64,000 nucleotides of DNA from an uncultured Chloroflexia bacterium (GCA_963833225.1 CAWHXD010000019.1:224001-288000), one strand, 5' to 3'; positions 8,845 to 19,139 are shown, counted from the stretch's first letter. Numbers and translations are program-made. Notes: generated from the letters alone by a model not told the origin.

Positions 8845-10296
8845 TCAGGCAGGTCCGTCCGGGACGGCGAACCAGAACGTGCTGCCCTCGCCGGGCACCG
8901 ACGTGACCCGGAGGTCACCGCCATGGGCGCGCACGATCTGGCGGGCGATCGGCAGCCCGAGGCCCGTGCCCCGTGGGCCGTCGGGCACGGTGTCCGAGGC
9001 CTGCCGGAACGGCTCGAAGATGCGGTCGAGGTCCGCCTCGGGGATGCCCCTGCCCGTGTCCGCCACGGCGACCCGCACCTCGCCGTCCGGCCGGTCGACG
9101 GTGACCCTGACCCGGCCTCCCGGGCTGAACTTCACGGCGTTGGACAACAGGTTGATCACGACCTGAACCAGGCGCTCGGCATCACCGTTGATCTCCGGCA
9201 GGTCGCTGGCAACCTCCAGCTCGAGGCGCACCCCACTCACCTCGAACAGGGCCGATGTCGCGGCCGTGGCGCGCCGGACCACGTCCTCGACACGGATCGG
9301 GGCCATGCGCCACTCGAGACGGCCTGCCTCGATCTTGGCCAGGTCGAGGAGATCATTGATCAGGCCGGTGAGCCGCTCACCCTCGTCCACGATGATCCCG
9401 AGGTTGTCGCCCACCTGGCGGACGGCGCGGTCGACCCTGGGCTCGGTGCGGTCCACCACCGGGAACACGACCTCGTCGAGGCGCTTCCGGTTGAGGCGGG
9501 CGAAGCCGACCACCGACGTCAGCGGCGTCCGCAGCTCGTGCGAGACGTTGGCCAGGAAGCGGCTCTTCGCCTCGTTCGCGAGCTCGGCGGCGGCGCGTGC
9601 CTCCTGGGCCTCCGTCGTCGCCGCGAGCAGCTCCGAGGTGCGTTCGGCGACGCGGGCCTCGAGGACCCGATTCTGGGCCTCGAGCTCGGCGTGGAGCCTG
9701 GCGGACTCGATGCCGCCGGCAAGCAGCGAGGCGACCGTGAACAGGAGCGGGCCGTCGTCGGGCTCCAGGGGTTCGCCGCCTCGACGATCGGGGACGATCA
9801 GGACGCCAAGCGTCCCGCCCGCGGTGACCAGCGGGGTGCCGACGAGCCCGGTGGACCCGAGGACGGCGGCCAGCCGCCGGTTCGTCTCGTCGGCATCGGC
9901 GGCGGCATCGCGAACGTGGAGCGGGCCCTCGGCGCGGGCAAGCAGCGCGGGCGCGGCCGCCGGATGCTCGATGGGCACCGCGAGGTCAGCGAGGAGCATC
10001 GAGATGCCGGGCGGTCCGCCGGCAACCTGCCAGCCCCCGATGCTCCGGGTCACGGGGTCGAGGAGGCCGAGGACGCCGCGCTCGAAGGCCAGCCTGTTCA
10101 CGATCTCCGGGAGCGCCACCTCCGTGAGCCGGGCTGGATCGCGGATGGACGCGATGGCGATGCCAAGGGCGTTGATGGTCGCGAGCTCCGAGAGCCGCCG
10201 GCGAAGCCGGTCCTCGAGGGCCGCCGAGCGACCGGCGGCACCGGTGGCGCGGTTCGCCGAGGAGGCGGCTTCCGCTCGGTCCGGCCGGAAGCTCAG
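8845..10296 (-). CDS. Cytoplasmic GAF-domain sensor histidine kinase
   Basis: FLANVSHELRTPL (H box), NLLSNAVKF, DTGRGI, GTGLGL; frame stays coding-like upstream of GTG 10119; candidate CTG start at 10296. Confidence 0.88.
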   Translation of the reverse strand: MSFRPDRAEAASSANRATGAAGRSAALEDRLRRRLSELATINALGIAIASIRDPARLTEVALPEIVNRLAFERGVLGLLDPVTRSIGGWQVAGGPPGISMLLADLAVPIEHPAAAPALLARAEGPLHVRDAAADADETNRRLAAVLGSTGLVGTPLVTAGGTLGVLIVPDRRGGEPLEPDDGPLLFTVASLLAGGIESARLHAELEAQNRVLEARVAERTSELLAATTEAQEARAAAELANEAKSRFLANVSHELRTPLTSVVGFARLNRKRLDEVVFPVVDRTEPRVDRAVRQVGDNLGIIVDEGERLTGLINDLLDLAKIEAGRLEWRMAPIRVEDVVRRATAATSALFEVSGVRLELEVASDLPEINGDAERLVQVVINLLSNAVKFSPGGRVRVTVDRPDGEVRVAVADTGRGIPEADLDRIFEPFRQASDTVPDGPRGTGLGLPIARQIVRAHGGDLRVTSVPGEGSTFWFAVPDGPA

Positions 10297-11102
10297 GAGG
10301 AGCTCCCCGTTGCGGACCCGTGTCCCGCCTCGATGCCCATGGCGCGCCCGATGGCCGGCCCCGCGAGCGCGGCGATCGCCGTGACGACCTTGAGATCCGC
10401 GGACCGGAACGGCCCGCCGGTGGCCGTGGCGCCGACCACGCCGAGGATGACATCACCGGCCCGGAGCGCCGCCACGACGAGGCTGCCTCCGGCGCGCTCG
10501 GCGTCCGTGGCACGCGGATCCGTGGCGGCATCCTCCACCAGCTCCGTGCCGCCGCTGGCGGCGGTGGCGCCGACGATGCCGGCTCCGATGCGGGCGTCGG
10601 TCAGCGGGCACCCCTGGCCGTCGGAGCCCGGGGCCGCCTCCAGCACGCTCCCGTTCGCGAGCAGGAGGAACCCACGCGCGTCGTGGGGGAGCCTGGAGAG
10701 CTCCGCCACCGCGGCGGCCACCACCGGTTCGACGGCGTTGGAGCCGCCGATCGCCGCCGCGAGGTCGTAGATCAGCGACAGCTCCCGGTAGCGCTCCAGC
10801 GCCTCGTTGGCCAGCGACCGCTTGTCGCGTTCGCGAGCGGCGGCGTAGGCGAGGACGGCCGCGATCCCCCGCGCCGACCGCCCGCCTTCCACCCAGCCCA
10901 GCAGCTGGCCGTCGACGACGACCTCGCCCCGCGCTTCCGCCTCGCTCCCCGTCGGGCCGGTCCCGTCCGGACCGCCGCGCTGGAGGATCACGCCGCCCTC
11001 GGCATCACGGATCGTCAGGGCCGCGTCGACGGACGCAAGCAGCGCGGACACCATCGGCGCCACGTGGCGGTGCCGCACGATCAGGCGGCGCAGCTCGCTC
11101 AT
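10293..11102 (-). CDS. GAF-domain protein
   Basis: ERYRELSLIYDL, GIVGATAASG..LVED, FRSADLKVVTAIA; ATGA overlap with the upstream response regulator. Confidence 0.75.
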   Translation of the reverse strand: MSELRRLIVRHRHVAPMVSALLASVDAALTIRDAEGGVILQRGGPDGTGPTGSEAEARGEVVVDGQLLGWVEGGRSARGIAAVLAYAAARERDKRSLANEALERYRELSLIYDLAAAIGGSNAVEPVVAAAVAELSRLPHDARGFLLLANGSVLEAAPGSDGQGCPLTDARIGAGIVGATAASGGTELVEDAATDPRATDAERAGGSLVVAALRAGDVILGVVGATATGGPFRSADLKVVTAIAALAGPAIGRAMGIEAGHGSATGSSS

Positions 11103-11479
11103 GCGAGGCCCAGGACGCCGCGGGCGAGCGCGAGCAGCGCGTCCGGGTCGAATGGCTTGGTGAGGTAGTCGTCCGCGCCTGCGGCGAGACCTGCCTCCCG
11201 GTCCATCGCCTGGCCCTTCGCGGTCAGCAGGACGATGTGGGCGCCCGAGGTGGCCGGGTCGGCGCGGACCGCCCGGCACACGTCGAGCCCGTTCCGCCCC
11301 GGCATCATCAGGTCGAGGAACACGAGGTCGGGCCGCTGGGCCGCGATGGCGGCCACGGCCTCATCGCCGTCGGCTGCCGTGTACAGCTCCACGTCCTCGT
11401 CGAGCAGGTCCTCGAGCGTCTGCTCGATGAGCAGGCGGATGTGCTGCTCGTCATCCACGATCAGGATCGTCCGGGCCAT
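11099..11479 (-). CDS. Single-domain response regulator receiver
   Basis: ILIVDDE, DLVFLDLMMP, LLTA, DYLTKPF; SD GAGGAGG. Confidence 0.93.
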   Translation of the reverse strand: MARTILIVDDEQHIRLLIEQTLEDLLDEDVELYTAADGDEAVAAIAAQRPDLVFLDLMMPGRNGLDVCRAVRADPATSGAHIVLLTAKGQAMDREAGLAAGADDYLTKPFDPDALLALARGVLGLA

Positions 11480-11565
11480 TGACCCTCCTCGGTCGGTTGG
11501 GCGCCCACGATGCCCGAATGGGATCGTGCGCGCAAGACCGGGCCGCGCTCGGGCATCATGCGCAG

Positions 11566-12372
11566 ATGCCGAATGACGCCGCAGCTCCTGTCCATGCCAT
11601 CCCGCCGCGTCCCGATCTGCGGCGCCGCGTCCTGGCCGGCGAGCCCACGATCGGGTTGTTCGTGAACCTTGGATCCATCGTCTCGGCGGAGATCGTGGCC
11701 CGGGCCGGATACGACTGGGCGCTGATCGATCTCGAGCACGGGATGGCGACCGAGGCCGACCTGCTCGCCCAGCTGATGGCCGTCCAGGCGACCCCCACGG
11801 CGGCCGTCGTGCGGGTCGTCTCGAGCGAGCGGATGCGCGTTGGCAGGATCCTGGACCTGGGGGCGGACGGCCTGATGATCCCGCGGCTCGAGACGGCACG
11901 GGCGATGCGCGAGACCGTGTCCTGGATGCGGTATCCGCCCGACGGGATCCGGGGCGTGGCCGCGGGTACGCGGGGTGCCGGGTACTCGACCGTGCCGCAC
12001 GCCCAGATCCGGAACGTCAGCGAGCGGGTGCTCGGCGTGTTCCAGGTCGAGTCGCGGGCGGCCGTCGCGGCCGTCGACGAGCTGGCGGCCATGGATGGGG
12101 TCGACGTGCTGTTCGTGGGCCCGGCCGACCTCAGCCACGAGATGGGGATCCCGGGCGAGTTCGGCCACCCGGCCTTCGTCGAAGCGCTCGACCGCGTGGC
12201 GGCGGTCGCGCGGGCGAACGGCAAGGCGGCCGGGATGCTGGTCCGGAACGCGTCCGAGGTGCGGGCCTACCTGGATCGTGGCTACGGGTTCATCGGCATC
12301 GGATCCGACTCCGGCCTGGTCATGAGCGGGGCGCGCCAGCAGCTGGCGGAGGCCCGGGCCGCGCTGGGCTGA
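11566..12372 (+). CDS. HpcH/HpaI class II aldolase family
   Basis: IDLEHG, RYPPDGIRG, QVES, LFVGPADLS. Confidence 0.9.
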   Translation: MPNDAAAPVHAIPPRPDLRRRVLAGEPTIGLFVNLGSIVSAEIVARAGYDWALIDLEHGMATEADLLAQLMAVQATPTAAVVRVVSSERMRVGRILDLGADGLMIPRLETARAMRETVSWMRYPPDGIRGVAAGTRGAGYSTVPHAQIRNVSERVLGVFQVESRAAVAAVDELAAMDGVDVLFVGPADLSHEMGIPGEFGHPAFVEALDRVAAVARANGKAAGMLVRNASEVRAYLDRGYGFIGIGSDSGLVMSGARQQLAEARAALG

Positions 12373-12400
12373 CCGCCGCTCCGGCCGACCCCGATAGGGC

Positions 12401-13414
12401 CTACTCCTCGTGGAGGAGGGGCGCCGGCAGGGGGAGCGGCGACCGGGCGCCCCGGGTGGGCATCTGCGACAGGAGGACCCCCGCGAAGATGAGCGCGCCC
12501 CCGACCCACTGGATGGGCCCCAGCCGCTCGCCGAGCAGGAGCGACGCCGCCATGATCGTCCACAGTGGCTCAACCGTGGAGATCAGCGACGCCTGCGCCG
12601 CCCCCACTCGCTGGGCCCCGGCATAGAACCCCTGGACCGCGAGGAAGCCGGCAACCACCGCGACCCCGGCGATGCCCGGCCACGCCTCGCCCGGGATGGT
12701 CGCGGGCAGGACGGGGTGCGCCGTCACAACGCACATGGCCCAGTACACGGCCGCGGTCGTGGTCAGCATCACGGCCACCGCGACGGCCGCGTTCGCTCCC
12801 TCGTCAGAATCGTGACCGGTGCGATCGGAGCGCTCGCCGGAGAGCCGCGCGGCGAGGATGATCCAGCCGGAGTAGAGGAGCGGCGCGGCGATCACCAGGA
12901 GCAGGGCGCCCGGAGGCGGCGCGGTGGTCGCGTTGATGCCGCCCACCGCGAGCACGACGCCCGCAACCGCGATGCCCAGGGCGGTCCACGCCCGGCGGCC
13001 CTCCAGCGGGCGCCCCAGCTTCAGGGCCAGCACGGCGACGACCGGCGGGTAGATGTAGACGATGAGCGCCGCGAGCGAGAGGTCCACCTCGGCGATGCCC
13101 GCGTAGTAGGTGGCGGTGTTGGATACGTACCAGACGCCCAGGCCCATGGTCGTGAGCAGCGTCCGTCGTGACACCCGGCGAAGCGACCGCCGGGCGGTCG
13201 GGTTGGCGAGCAGGACGAGCCAGGACAGCCCGCCGGCAATCGCGAACCGCCAGGCCATGAGGGTGAGCCAGTCGACGCCGGTCGCATAGACCGGGCGCGC
13301 GAACAGGCCGCCGGAGCCGAAGGCGACGGCGGACATGATGACGAGGGCGATGCCGGTCAGGCGAGCTCGGTCCAACCTGCGGAGGGTACCGAAGGTGAGG
13401 ACGGTCGTCGTCAC
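12401..13414 (-). CDS. EamA/DMT family transporter
   Basis: About 10 TM segments, ASLISTVEPLW..LLGERLG; start approximate. Confidence 0.88.
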   Translation of the reverse strand: MTTTVLTFGTLRRLDRARLTGIALVIMSAVAFGSGGLFARPVYATGVDWLTLMAWRFAIAGGLSWLVLLANPTARRSLRRVSRRTLLTTMGLGVWYVSNTATYYAGIAEVDLSLAALIVYIYPPVVAVLALKLGRPLEGRRAWTALGIAVAGVVLAVGGINATTAPPPGALLLVIAAPLLYSGWIILAARLSGERSDRTGHDSDEGANAAVAVAVMLTTTAAVYWAMCVVTAHPVLPATIPGEAWPGIAGVAVVAGFLAVQGFYAGAQRVGAAQASLISTVEPLWTIMAASLLLGERLGPIQWVGGALIFAGVLLSQMPTRGARSPLPLPAPLLHEE

Positions 13415-13507
13415 GGGTCGGCGGGACTCCAATTCGGGGCCGTCCGGACGCCCGCAGCCGGGCCCTCTTCCGGGGCGCGCTCACGCGGGTGCGCGTACAC
13501 TGGCCAC

Positions 13508-14020
13508 GTGGCTGACCTCACTGAGCGCGCTGTTGTCGCGCGTGTTCCCGCCCTGGCATCCCAACCCCTCACCGTCGTCGGTCGGCGGCAACCCGTGTCC
13601 GTGCCGCCCGGCACGACGCTCGGGGCATGCCTGCTCGCGATCCAGCGTGGTGGCACCGGCGATTCGGTGTTCGTGACCGACGCGGAAGGGCGCCTCGCCG
13701 GCGTCCTCACCGAGCGCGACATCTTCGGTCGCCTGGTCGGCCCCGACGTCGCGGCCGGCGTTGACATCGACGTCCCGGTCGAGGAGTTCATGACCACCAG
13801 CCCGCGAACCCTGCGGCTGGAGCACACCGTGCGCGATGCGCTGGAGCTGATGCAGACGGGCCGGTACCGGAACATCCCCGTGGTCGACGAGGACCGGCGC
13901 CTGGTGGGCGTCGTCCGCCAGGTCGACATCCTCAAGTTCCTCGCGGAATCGTTCCCGGAGGAGCTGCTCAACCTCCCACCCCGACCCCACCAGCAAATCG
14001 AGCAGGCCGAAGGCGGATGA
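13508..14020 (+). CDS. CBS-domain protein
   Basis: GRLAGVLTERDI, EEFMT, YRNIPVVD..LVGVV; ATGA overlap with korA. Confidence 0.85.
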   Translation: MADLTERAVVARVPALASQPLTVVGRRQPVSVPPGTTLGACLLAIQRGGTGDSVFVTDAEGRLAGVLTERDIFGRLVGPDVAAGVDIDVPVEEFMTTSPRTLRLEHTVRDALELMQTGRYRNIPVVDEDRRLVGVVRQVDILKFLAESFPEELLNLPPRPHQQIEQAEGG

Positions 14021-15912
14021 CCAACACGGACCAATTCGAACACACCGTCCAGGAGCTCGATCGGGTCACGATCCGCTTCGCCGGTGACTCCGGCGACGGG
14101 ATGCAGCTCACGGGGACCCAGTTCACCCGGACGGCGGCCGTCTTCGGCAACGACATCAGCACCTTCCCGGACTATCCCGCGGAGATCCGCGCCCCCGCCG
14201 GCTCACTGCCCGGCGTGTCCGGCTTCCAGATCAGCTTCTCCGCGTCGGACATCCACACCCCGGGCGACGCGCCGGACGTGCTGGTGGCGATGAACCCGGC
14301 GGCGCTCAAGACCAACGTGGTGGACCTGCCGCCGGGCGGCGCGGTCATCGTCAACAGCGACGCCTTCACGACCGGCAACCTGTCGAAGGCGGCCTTCGCG
14401 TCCAACCCGCTGACCGACGACTCGTTGAAGGCGTACCGCGTATTCCCGGTCCCGATCAGCACGCTCAACGCGAACGCGCTCTCCGGCCTGGAGATGACCA
14501 GCAAGCAGATGGACCTGACGAAGAACTTCTTCGCCCTGGGCCTCATGTTCTGGCTCTACGAGCGGTCGATGGACCCGACCCTCAACTGGATCGAGGAGAA
14601 GTTCTCGAGCCGTCCGGTCATCGCCGAGGCCAACGGCCGCGCCCTCAAGGCCGGCTATGCCTTTGGCGAGACGACCGAGATGTTCCACCAGACCTACCGG
14701 GTTCCCAAGGCCAAGCTGCCGCCCGGGACGTACCGCAACATCACCGGCAATGAGGCCACGGCGCTCGGCTTCCTTGCCGCGTCACGAGCAGCAAAGCGCG
14801 ACCTGTTCTACGGCTCCTACCCCATCACCCCGGCCTCGGACATCCTTCACCAGCTGGCGAGCTACAAGAGCTTCGGTGTCCGCACCTTCCAGGCCGAGGA
14901 CGAGATCGCCGCGATCGGGGCAACCATCGGCGCGGCCTACGGGGGTGCCCTGGCGCTGACCGGCACGTCCGGGCCGGGCGTGGCCCTCAAGACGGAGGCG
15001 ATGGGCCTCGCGGTCATGACCGAGCTGCCGCTGGTGATCGTCAACGTCCAGCGGGCCGGACCCTCCACCGGCCTGCCGACGAAGGTGGAGCAGGCGGACC
15101 TGTTCCAGGCCATCTTCGGCCGCAACGGCGAGTGCCCGATGCCGGTGGTCGCGCCGGCCACACCCGGTGAGTGCTTCACGATGGCGGTCGAAGCCGCGCG
15201 CATCGCGCTCAAGTACATGACCCCGGTGCTGTACCTGTCGGATGCGTTCGTGGGCAACGGCGCCGAGCCGTGGCGCGTGCCGTCGGTGGACGACCTGCCG
15301 GACATCTCCGTCCCCAACGCCGTCAAGGGGGAGACCACGTTCCTGCCCTACGGGCGGGATCCCGAGACGCTGAGCCGCCCATGGGCGATCCCGGGGACCG
15401 AGGGCCTCGAGCACCGCATCGGCGGGCTGGAGAAGCTCGACGGCCTGGGCACGGTCAACTACGACGGCGAGAACCACCACCGGATGACGGTGTTCCGCCG
15501 CGACAAGGTCGCCGGCGTCGCCAACGACATCCCCGAGCTCGAGGTCTTCGGGCCCGAGTCCGGCGATCTCCTGATCGTCGGCTGGGGTTCAACCTACGGG
15601 GCCCTGCGCAGCGCCGCCGAGCAGCTCCGGGACGCGGGGAAGTCCGTCGCCCACGCGCACCTCCGCTACCTCTTCCCCTTCCCGGCCAACACGGGTGACG
15701 TGCTTCGTCGCTACCGGGCGGTGCTGGTCCCCGAGCTCAACCTCGGCCAGCTCAGCTTCGTCCTTCGGGGCACGTATCTCGTGGATGCCGTCAGCTACGG
15801 CCGCGTCCGAGGCAAGCCGTTCCGGATCTCCGAGATCGTGGACGAGGCCAACCGGCTCCTGGGCTCGATGGCTGGCGGGAGCGCCGCCCCGAGCCCCGGA
15901 GAGTCCCGATGA
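14017..15912 (+). CDS. korA: 2-oxoacid:ferredoxin oxidoreductase alpha subunit
   Basis: RFAGDSGDGMQLTG, YPITPAS, QAEDEIAA, QRAGPSTGLPTK. Confidence 0.95.
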   Translation: MTNTDQFEHTVQELDRVTIRFAGDSGDGMQLTGTQFTRTAAVFGNDISTFPDYPAEIRAPAGSLPGVSGFQISFSASDIHTPGDAPDVLVAMNPAALKTNVVDLPPGGAVIVNSDAFTTGNLSKAAFASNPLTDDSLKAYRVFPVPISTLNANALSGLEMTSKQMDLTKNFFALGLMFWLYERSMDPTLNWIEEKFSSRPVIAEANGRALKAGYAFGETTEMFHQTYRVPKAKLPPGTYRNITGNEATALGFLAASRAAKRDLFYGSYPITPASDILHQLASYKSFGVRTFQAEDEIAAIGATIGAAYGGALALTGTSGPGVALKTEAMGLAVMTELPLVIVNVQRAGPSTGLPTKVEQADLFQAIFGRNGECPMPVVAPATPGECFTMAVEAARIALKYMTPVLYLSDAFVGNGAEPWRVPSVDDLPDISVPNAVKGETTFLPYGRDPETLSRPWAIPGTEGLEHRIGGLEKLDGLGTVNYDGENHHRMTVFRRDKVAGVANDIPELEVFGPESGDLLIVGWGSTYGALRSAAEQLRDAGKSVAHAHLRYLFPFPANTGDVLRRYRAVLVPELNLGQLSFVLRGTYLVDAVSYGRVRGKPFRISEIVDEANRLLGSMAGGSAAPSPGESR

Positions 15913-16940
15913 CCGAAGTTCTCGATCCCGCGCCGATCAAGCTCACCCGCAAGGACTTCGTCTCGGAGTCGGAGGTCCGGTGGTGCCCCGGCTGCGGGGA
16001 CTACTCCATCCTGGCCCAGACCCAGAAGGTGATGCCGGACTTTGGGGTGCCGCGGGAGAACATCGTGTTCATCTCCGGCATCGGGTGCTCCGGCCGGCTG
16101 CCGTACTACATGAACACGTACGGCTTCCACAGCATCCACGGCCGTGCCGCCACCCTCGCCACCGGCCTCCGGATCGCGCGCCCGGACCTGATGGTATGGG
16201 TGATCACCGGGGACGGTGACGCCCTGTCCATCGGTGGCAACCACTTCCTGCACTCCATGCGCAGGAACGTGGATTTCACCATGGTCATGCACAACAACCG
16301 GATCTACGGCCTGACCAAGGGTCAGGCGTCACCAACCTCGGAGATCGGCAAGCGGACCAAGTCCACGCCCATGGGCTCGACGGACCGGCCGATCATGCCG
16401 CTCACGATCGCGCTGGCCGCCGAGGCCACCTTCGTCGCCCGGACGGTCGACAACCACACGGAGCACTTGCAGCACACGCTGGAGGCCGCCGGCCGGCACC
16501 ACGGGGCCGCCTTCGTGGAGGTGCTCCAGAACTGCAACATCTTCAACGACGGCGCCTGGCGGGAGTTCACCGATCGAGAGGTCCGGGACGACCGGATGCT
16601 GGTCCTCGAGCACGGCAAGCCGCTGGTGTTCGGCAAGGAGCGCAACAAGGGCATCCGCCTCAACGGGCTGCACCCCGAGGTGGTGACCATCGGCGAGGAT
16701 GGAGTCACCGAGGCGGACCTCGCGGTCCACGACCAGTACGCCGAGGACCCGTATCTCGCCCTGATCCTGTCGCGGATGTTCTGGCCAGAGTTCCCGGTGC
16801 CGGTGGGCGTGTTCCGGCAGGTGGAGCGCGCGACCGTGTCGGAGCTGATCGAAGCCCAGATCGAGCAGGCGAAGGCCAAGTCAGGCGAGGGCGACCTTGC
16901 CCAGCTTCTCCTGTCCGGCGAGACATGGACGGTGGAGTGA
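15909..16940 (+). CDS. korB: 2-oxoacid:ferredoxin oxidoreductase beta subunit
   Basis: WCPGCGD, SGIGCS, GDGD TPP motif, YGLTKGQ. Confidence 0.95.
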   Translation: MTEVLDPAPIKLTRKDFVSESEVRWCPGCGDYSILAQTQKVMPDFGVPRENIVFISGIGCSGRLPYYMNTYGFHSIHGRAATLATGLRIARPDLMVWVITGDGDALSIGGNHFLHSMRRNVDFTMVMHNNRIYGLTKGQASPTSEIGKRTKSTPMGSTDRPIMPLTIALAAEATFVARTVDNHTEHLQHTLEAAGRHHGAAFVEVLQNCNIFNDGAWREFTDREVRDDRMLVLEHGKPLVFGKERNKGIRLNGLHPEVVTIGEDGVTEADLAVHDQYAEDPYLALILSRMFWPEFPVPVGVFRQVERATVSELIEAQIEQAKAKSGEGDLAQLLLSGETWTVE

Positions 16941-16942
16941 CG

Positions 16943-17443
16943 ATGATCTGTCCCAACTGCCGGTTCGAGAACTTCGCCGGCGACGACACGTGCGCCAACT
17001 GCGGCGCGGACCTGTCGACGATCGACACCCCCCAGCAGGCGCTCGACTACCAGGACACCGTGCTTGGCGAGCATCTCGACGCGCTCGGCCTCGCCGAATT
17101 CCAGACCGTCGCGCCCACGCTCGGCGTGGCGCAGGCGATCCGCCAGATGCATAGCACCGGGACGGACTGCCTGCTGGTGGTGGACGGGGACCAGCTGGTG
17201 GGCATCTTCACGGATCGTGACGCCATCACGAAGGCCGCCGACAAGCGCCTGCAGCTGTTCCACGTCCAGGACTTCATGACCCCGGACCCGGTGGTGCTGC
17301 GGCACGAGGACACGCTGGCGATCGCGATCCACAAGATGGCCGTGGGCGAGTTCCGGCACATCCCGATCGTCGACGACGGCAGGCCGATCGGCCTGGTGGC
17401 GGCGCCCGACCTGTTCCGGCACCTGGTCGCAGCGCTCGGGTGA
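16943..17443 (+). CDS. Zinc-ribbon + CBS-pair protein
   Basis: CPNC...CANCG then LVGIFTDRD, FMTPDP, FRHIPIVD. Confidence 0.85.
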   Translation: MICPNCRFENFAGDDTCANCGADLSTIDTPQQALDYQDTVLGEHLDALGLAEFQTVAPTLGVAQAIRQMHSTGTDCLLVVDGDQLVGIFTDRDAITKAADKRLQLFHVQDFMTPDPVVLRHEDTLAIAIHKMAVGEFRHIPIVDDGRPIGLVAAPDLFRHLVAALG

Positions 17444-17856
17444 CGGGGGACCTCCTCCGCCCGCGCGCCCGAATCGCGATCCTCGCCGACGACCTCATCT
17501 GGTCCACGCGCCTCGCCGACGGCGTCCGTCGCCTTGGCGGCCAGCCGATCAGCGTGCGCTCCCTCGACGCCCTGGCCGGGGCCCTCCCGGCGGCAGACGG
17601 GTGTGTCGTGGACCTCACGGCCCGCGCCTACGACGGGCTGGCCGCGCTCGGGGCGTCACGGCACGCTGGGGTGCCGTCGATCGCCGTGGGGCAGCATGAC
17701 GACGCCGCCATGCGCCGGTCCGCGCTGGACGCGGGCGCGGCACGCGTCTACGCCTACCGCGCCCTGTTCGAGCAGGGAGACCGTCTGCTGGGCGGCTGGA
17801 TCGAAGCGCTTGGTGCAGATGCGGCCGGGCCACCCCCCGCCGGGGCAGAGGCGTGA
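17440..17856 (+). CDS. Degenerate receiver-like small protein
   Basis: IAILADDLIW...CVVDL...ALDAGA; GTGA overlaps at both ends. Confidence 0.6.
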   Translation: MTGDLLRPRARIAILADDLIWSTRLADGVRRLGGQPISVRSLDALAGALPAADGCVVDLTARAYDGLAALGASRHAGVPSIAVGQHDDAAMRRSALDAGAARVYAYRALFEQGDRLLGGWIEALGADAAGPPPAGAEA

Positions 17857-19016
17857 CGCGCGGCATCCCCGCGGACCGGTATCCGGAGCGGCTGGCAAGG
17901 GCGCGCCGCGAGGCGGCAACGGCCGGCCTCGATGCGCTGCTCATTGGCGTGGGCGCGGACCTGCGGTATCTCGCCGGCTACGAGGCGCTGCCGCTCGAGC
18001 GGCTCACGCTGCTCGTGCTGCCAACCGGCGAGGGTGCCCCGGCCATGCTGGTCGCCCCGCGGCTGGAGGCGAGCCCGGCCCGCGGGTGCGCCGCGGTGGT
18101 CGCGGGCGCCGTGGCGGTGTCGACCTGGGAGGAGACCGAGGACCCGATGCGGCTCGTCGCAGCCCACCTTGGGAGCGCCACCGGCCGACCGGTGGCGAGC
18201 CTGTCGGTCGCGGTGTCGGACGGGCTGCGGGCCGCGTTCGTGCTCGGACTCCAGCGGGCGCTCCCCGGCGCCCGGTTCTCGCTGACCTCCGCGGTCCTGC
18301 GGGCGCTCCGGATGCGCAAGGACACCGACGAGGTCGCCCTGCTCCGCCTCGCCGCCCAGGCTGCCGACCGTGTGGTTGCCGCCGTGTCGGGTGGGCGGCT
18401 CGTCGGACGAACGGAGGCGGACGTCGCCCGCGAGGTCCGGGACCGGCTCGTGGCCGAGGGGCACGACCAGGCCGAGTTCTGGATCGTGGCCTCCGGTCCC
18501 AACAGCGCCTCCCCGCATCACGACCCCGGTGAGCGGCTGATCGGCGCCGGCGAGCCGATCGTGATCGACATCGGGGGCACCCTGCGCGGTTACGGTTCCG
18601 ACATCACTCGGACGATCTGGGTGGCGGGTCCGTCGGACATCGGTCCCGACGACGGCTTCCGGACCCTGTACGCGGTGCTCCAGGCGGCGCAGGCCGCTGC
18701 GACGGCCGCCGTCCGTCCCGGTGTCGCCTGCGAGGTCATCGACGAGGAGGCGCGCCGGCGGATCACGGAAGCAGGATACGGGCCGCGGTTCATCCACCGG
18801 ACCGGGCACGGCATCGGGCTGGAGGGGCACGAGGATCCCTACCTGGTGGCCGGCAATCGCGAGCTCCTCGCCACCGGGATGGCGTTCAGCGTGGAGCCCG
18901 GGATCTACATCGAGGACCGGTACGGCGCGCGGATCGAGGACATCGTGATCTGCGGGGACGAGGGCCCGATCGTGCTCAACGAGCTGCCGCGGGACCTGCT
19001 CGTCGTGCCGGGCTGA
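17853..19016 (+). CDS. Xaa-Pro peptidase (M24 family)
   Basis: PHH, DIGG..GYGSDITRT, HRTGHGIGL, EPGIY, RIED. Confidence 0.93.
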   Translation: MTRGIPADRYPERLARARREAATAGLDALLIGVGADLRYLAGYEALPLERLTLLVLPTGEGAPAMLVAPRLEASPARGCAAVVAGAVAVSTWEETEDPMRLVAAHLGSATGRPVASLSVAVSDGLRAAFVLGLQRALPGARFSLTSAVLRALRMRKDTDEVALLRLAAQAADRVVAAVSGGRLVGRTEADVAREVRDRLVAEGHDQAEFWIVASGPNSASPHHDPGERLIGAGEPIVIDIGGTLRGYGSDITRTIWVAGPSDIGPDDGFRTLYAVLQAAQAAATAAVRPGVACEVIDEEARRRITEAGYGPRFIHRTGHGIGLEGHEDPYLVAGNRELLATGMAFSVEPGIYIEDRYGARIEDIVICGDEGPIVLNELPRDLLVVPG

Positions 19017-19139
19017 CGATGACGGTGATCAGCGGCCCGGGGTATCATCCGCCGATCGGCCGAGCCCCCGGTCGACGCCAGAGCCTCTGTTCATGACCTT
19101 CCCTCCCGAGCGGGTCGGCAACCCGCGGTTTGACGGCTG

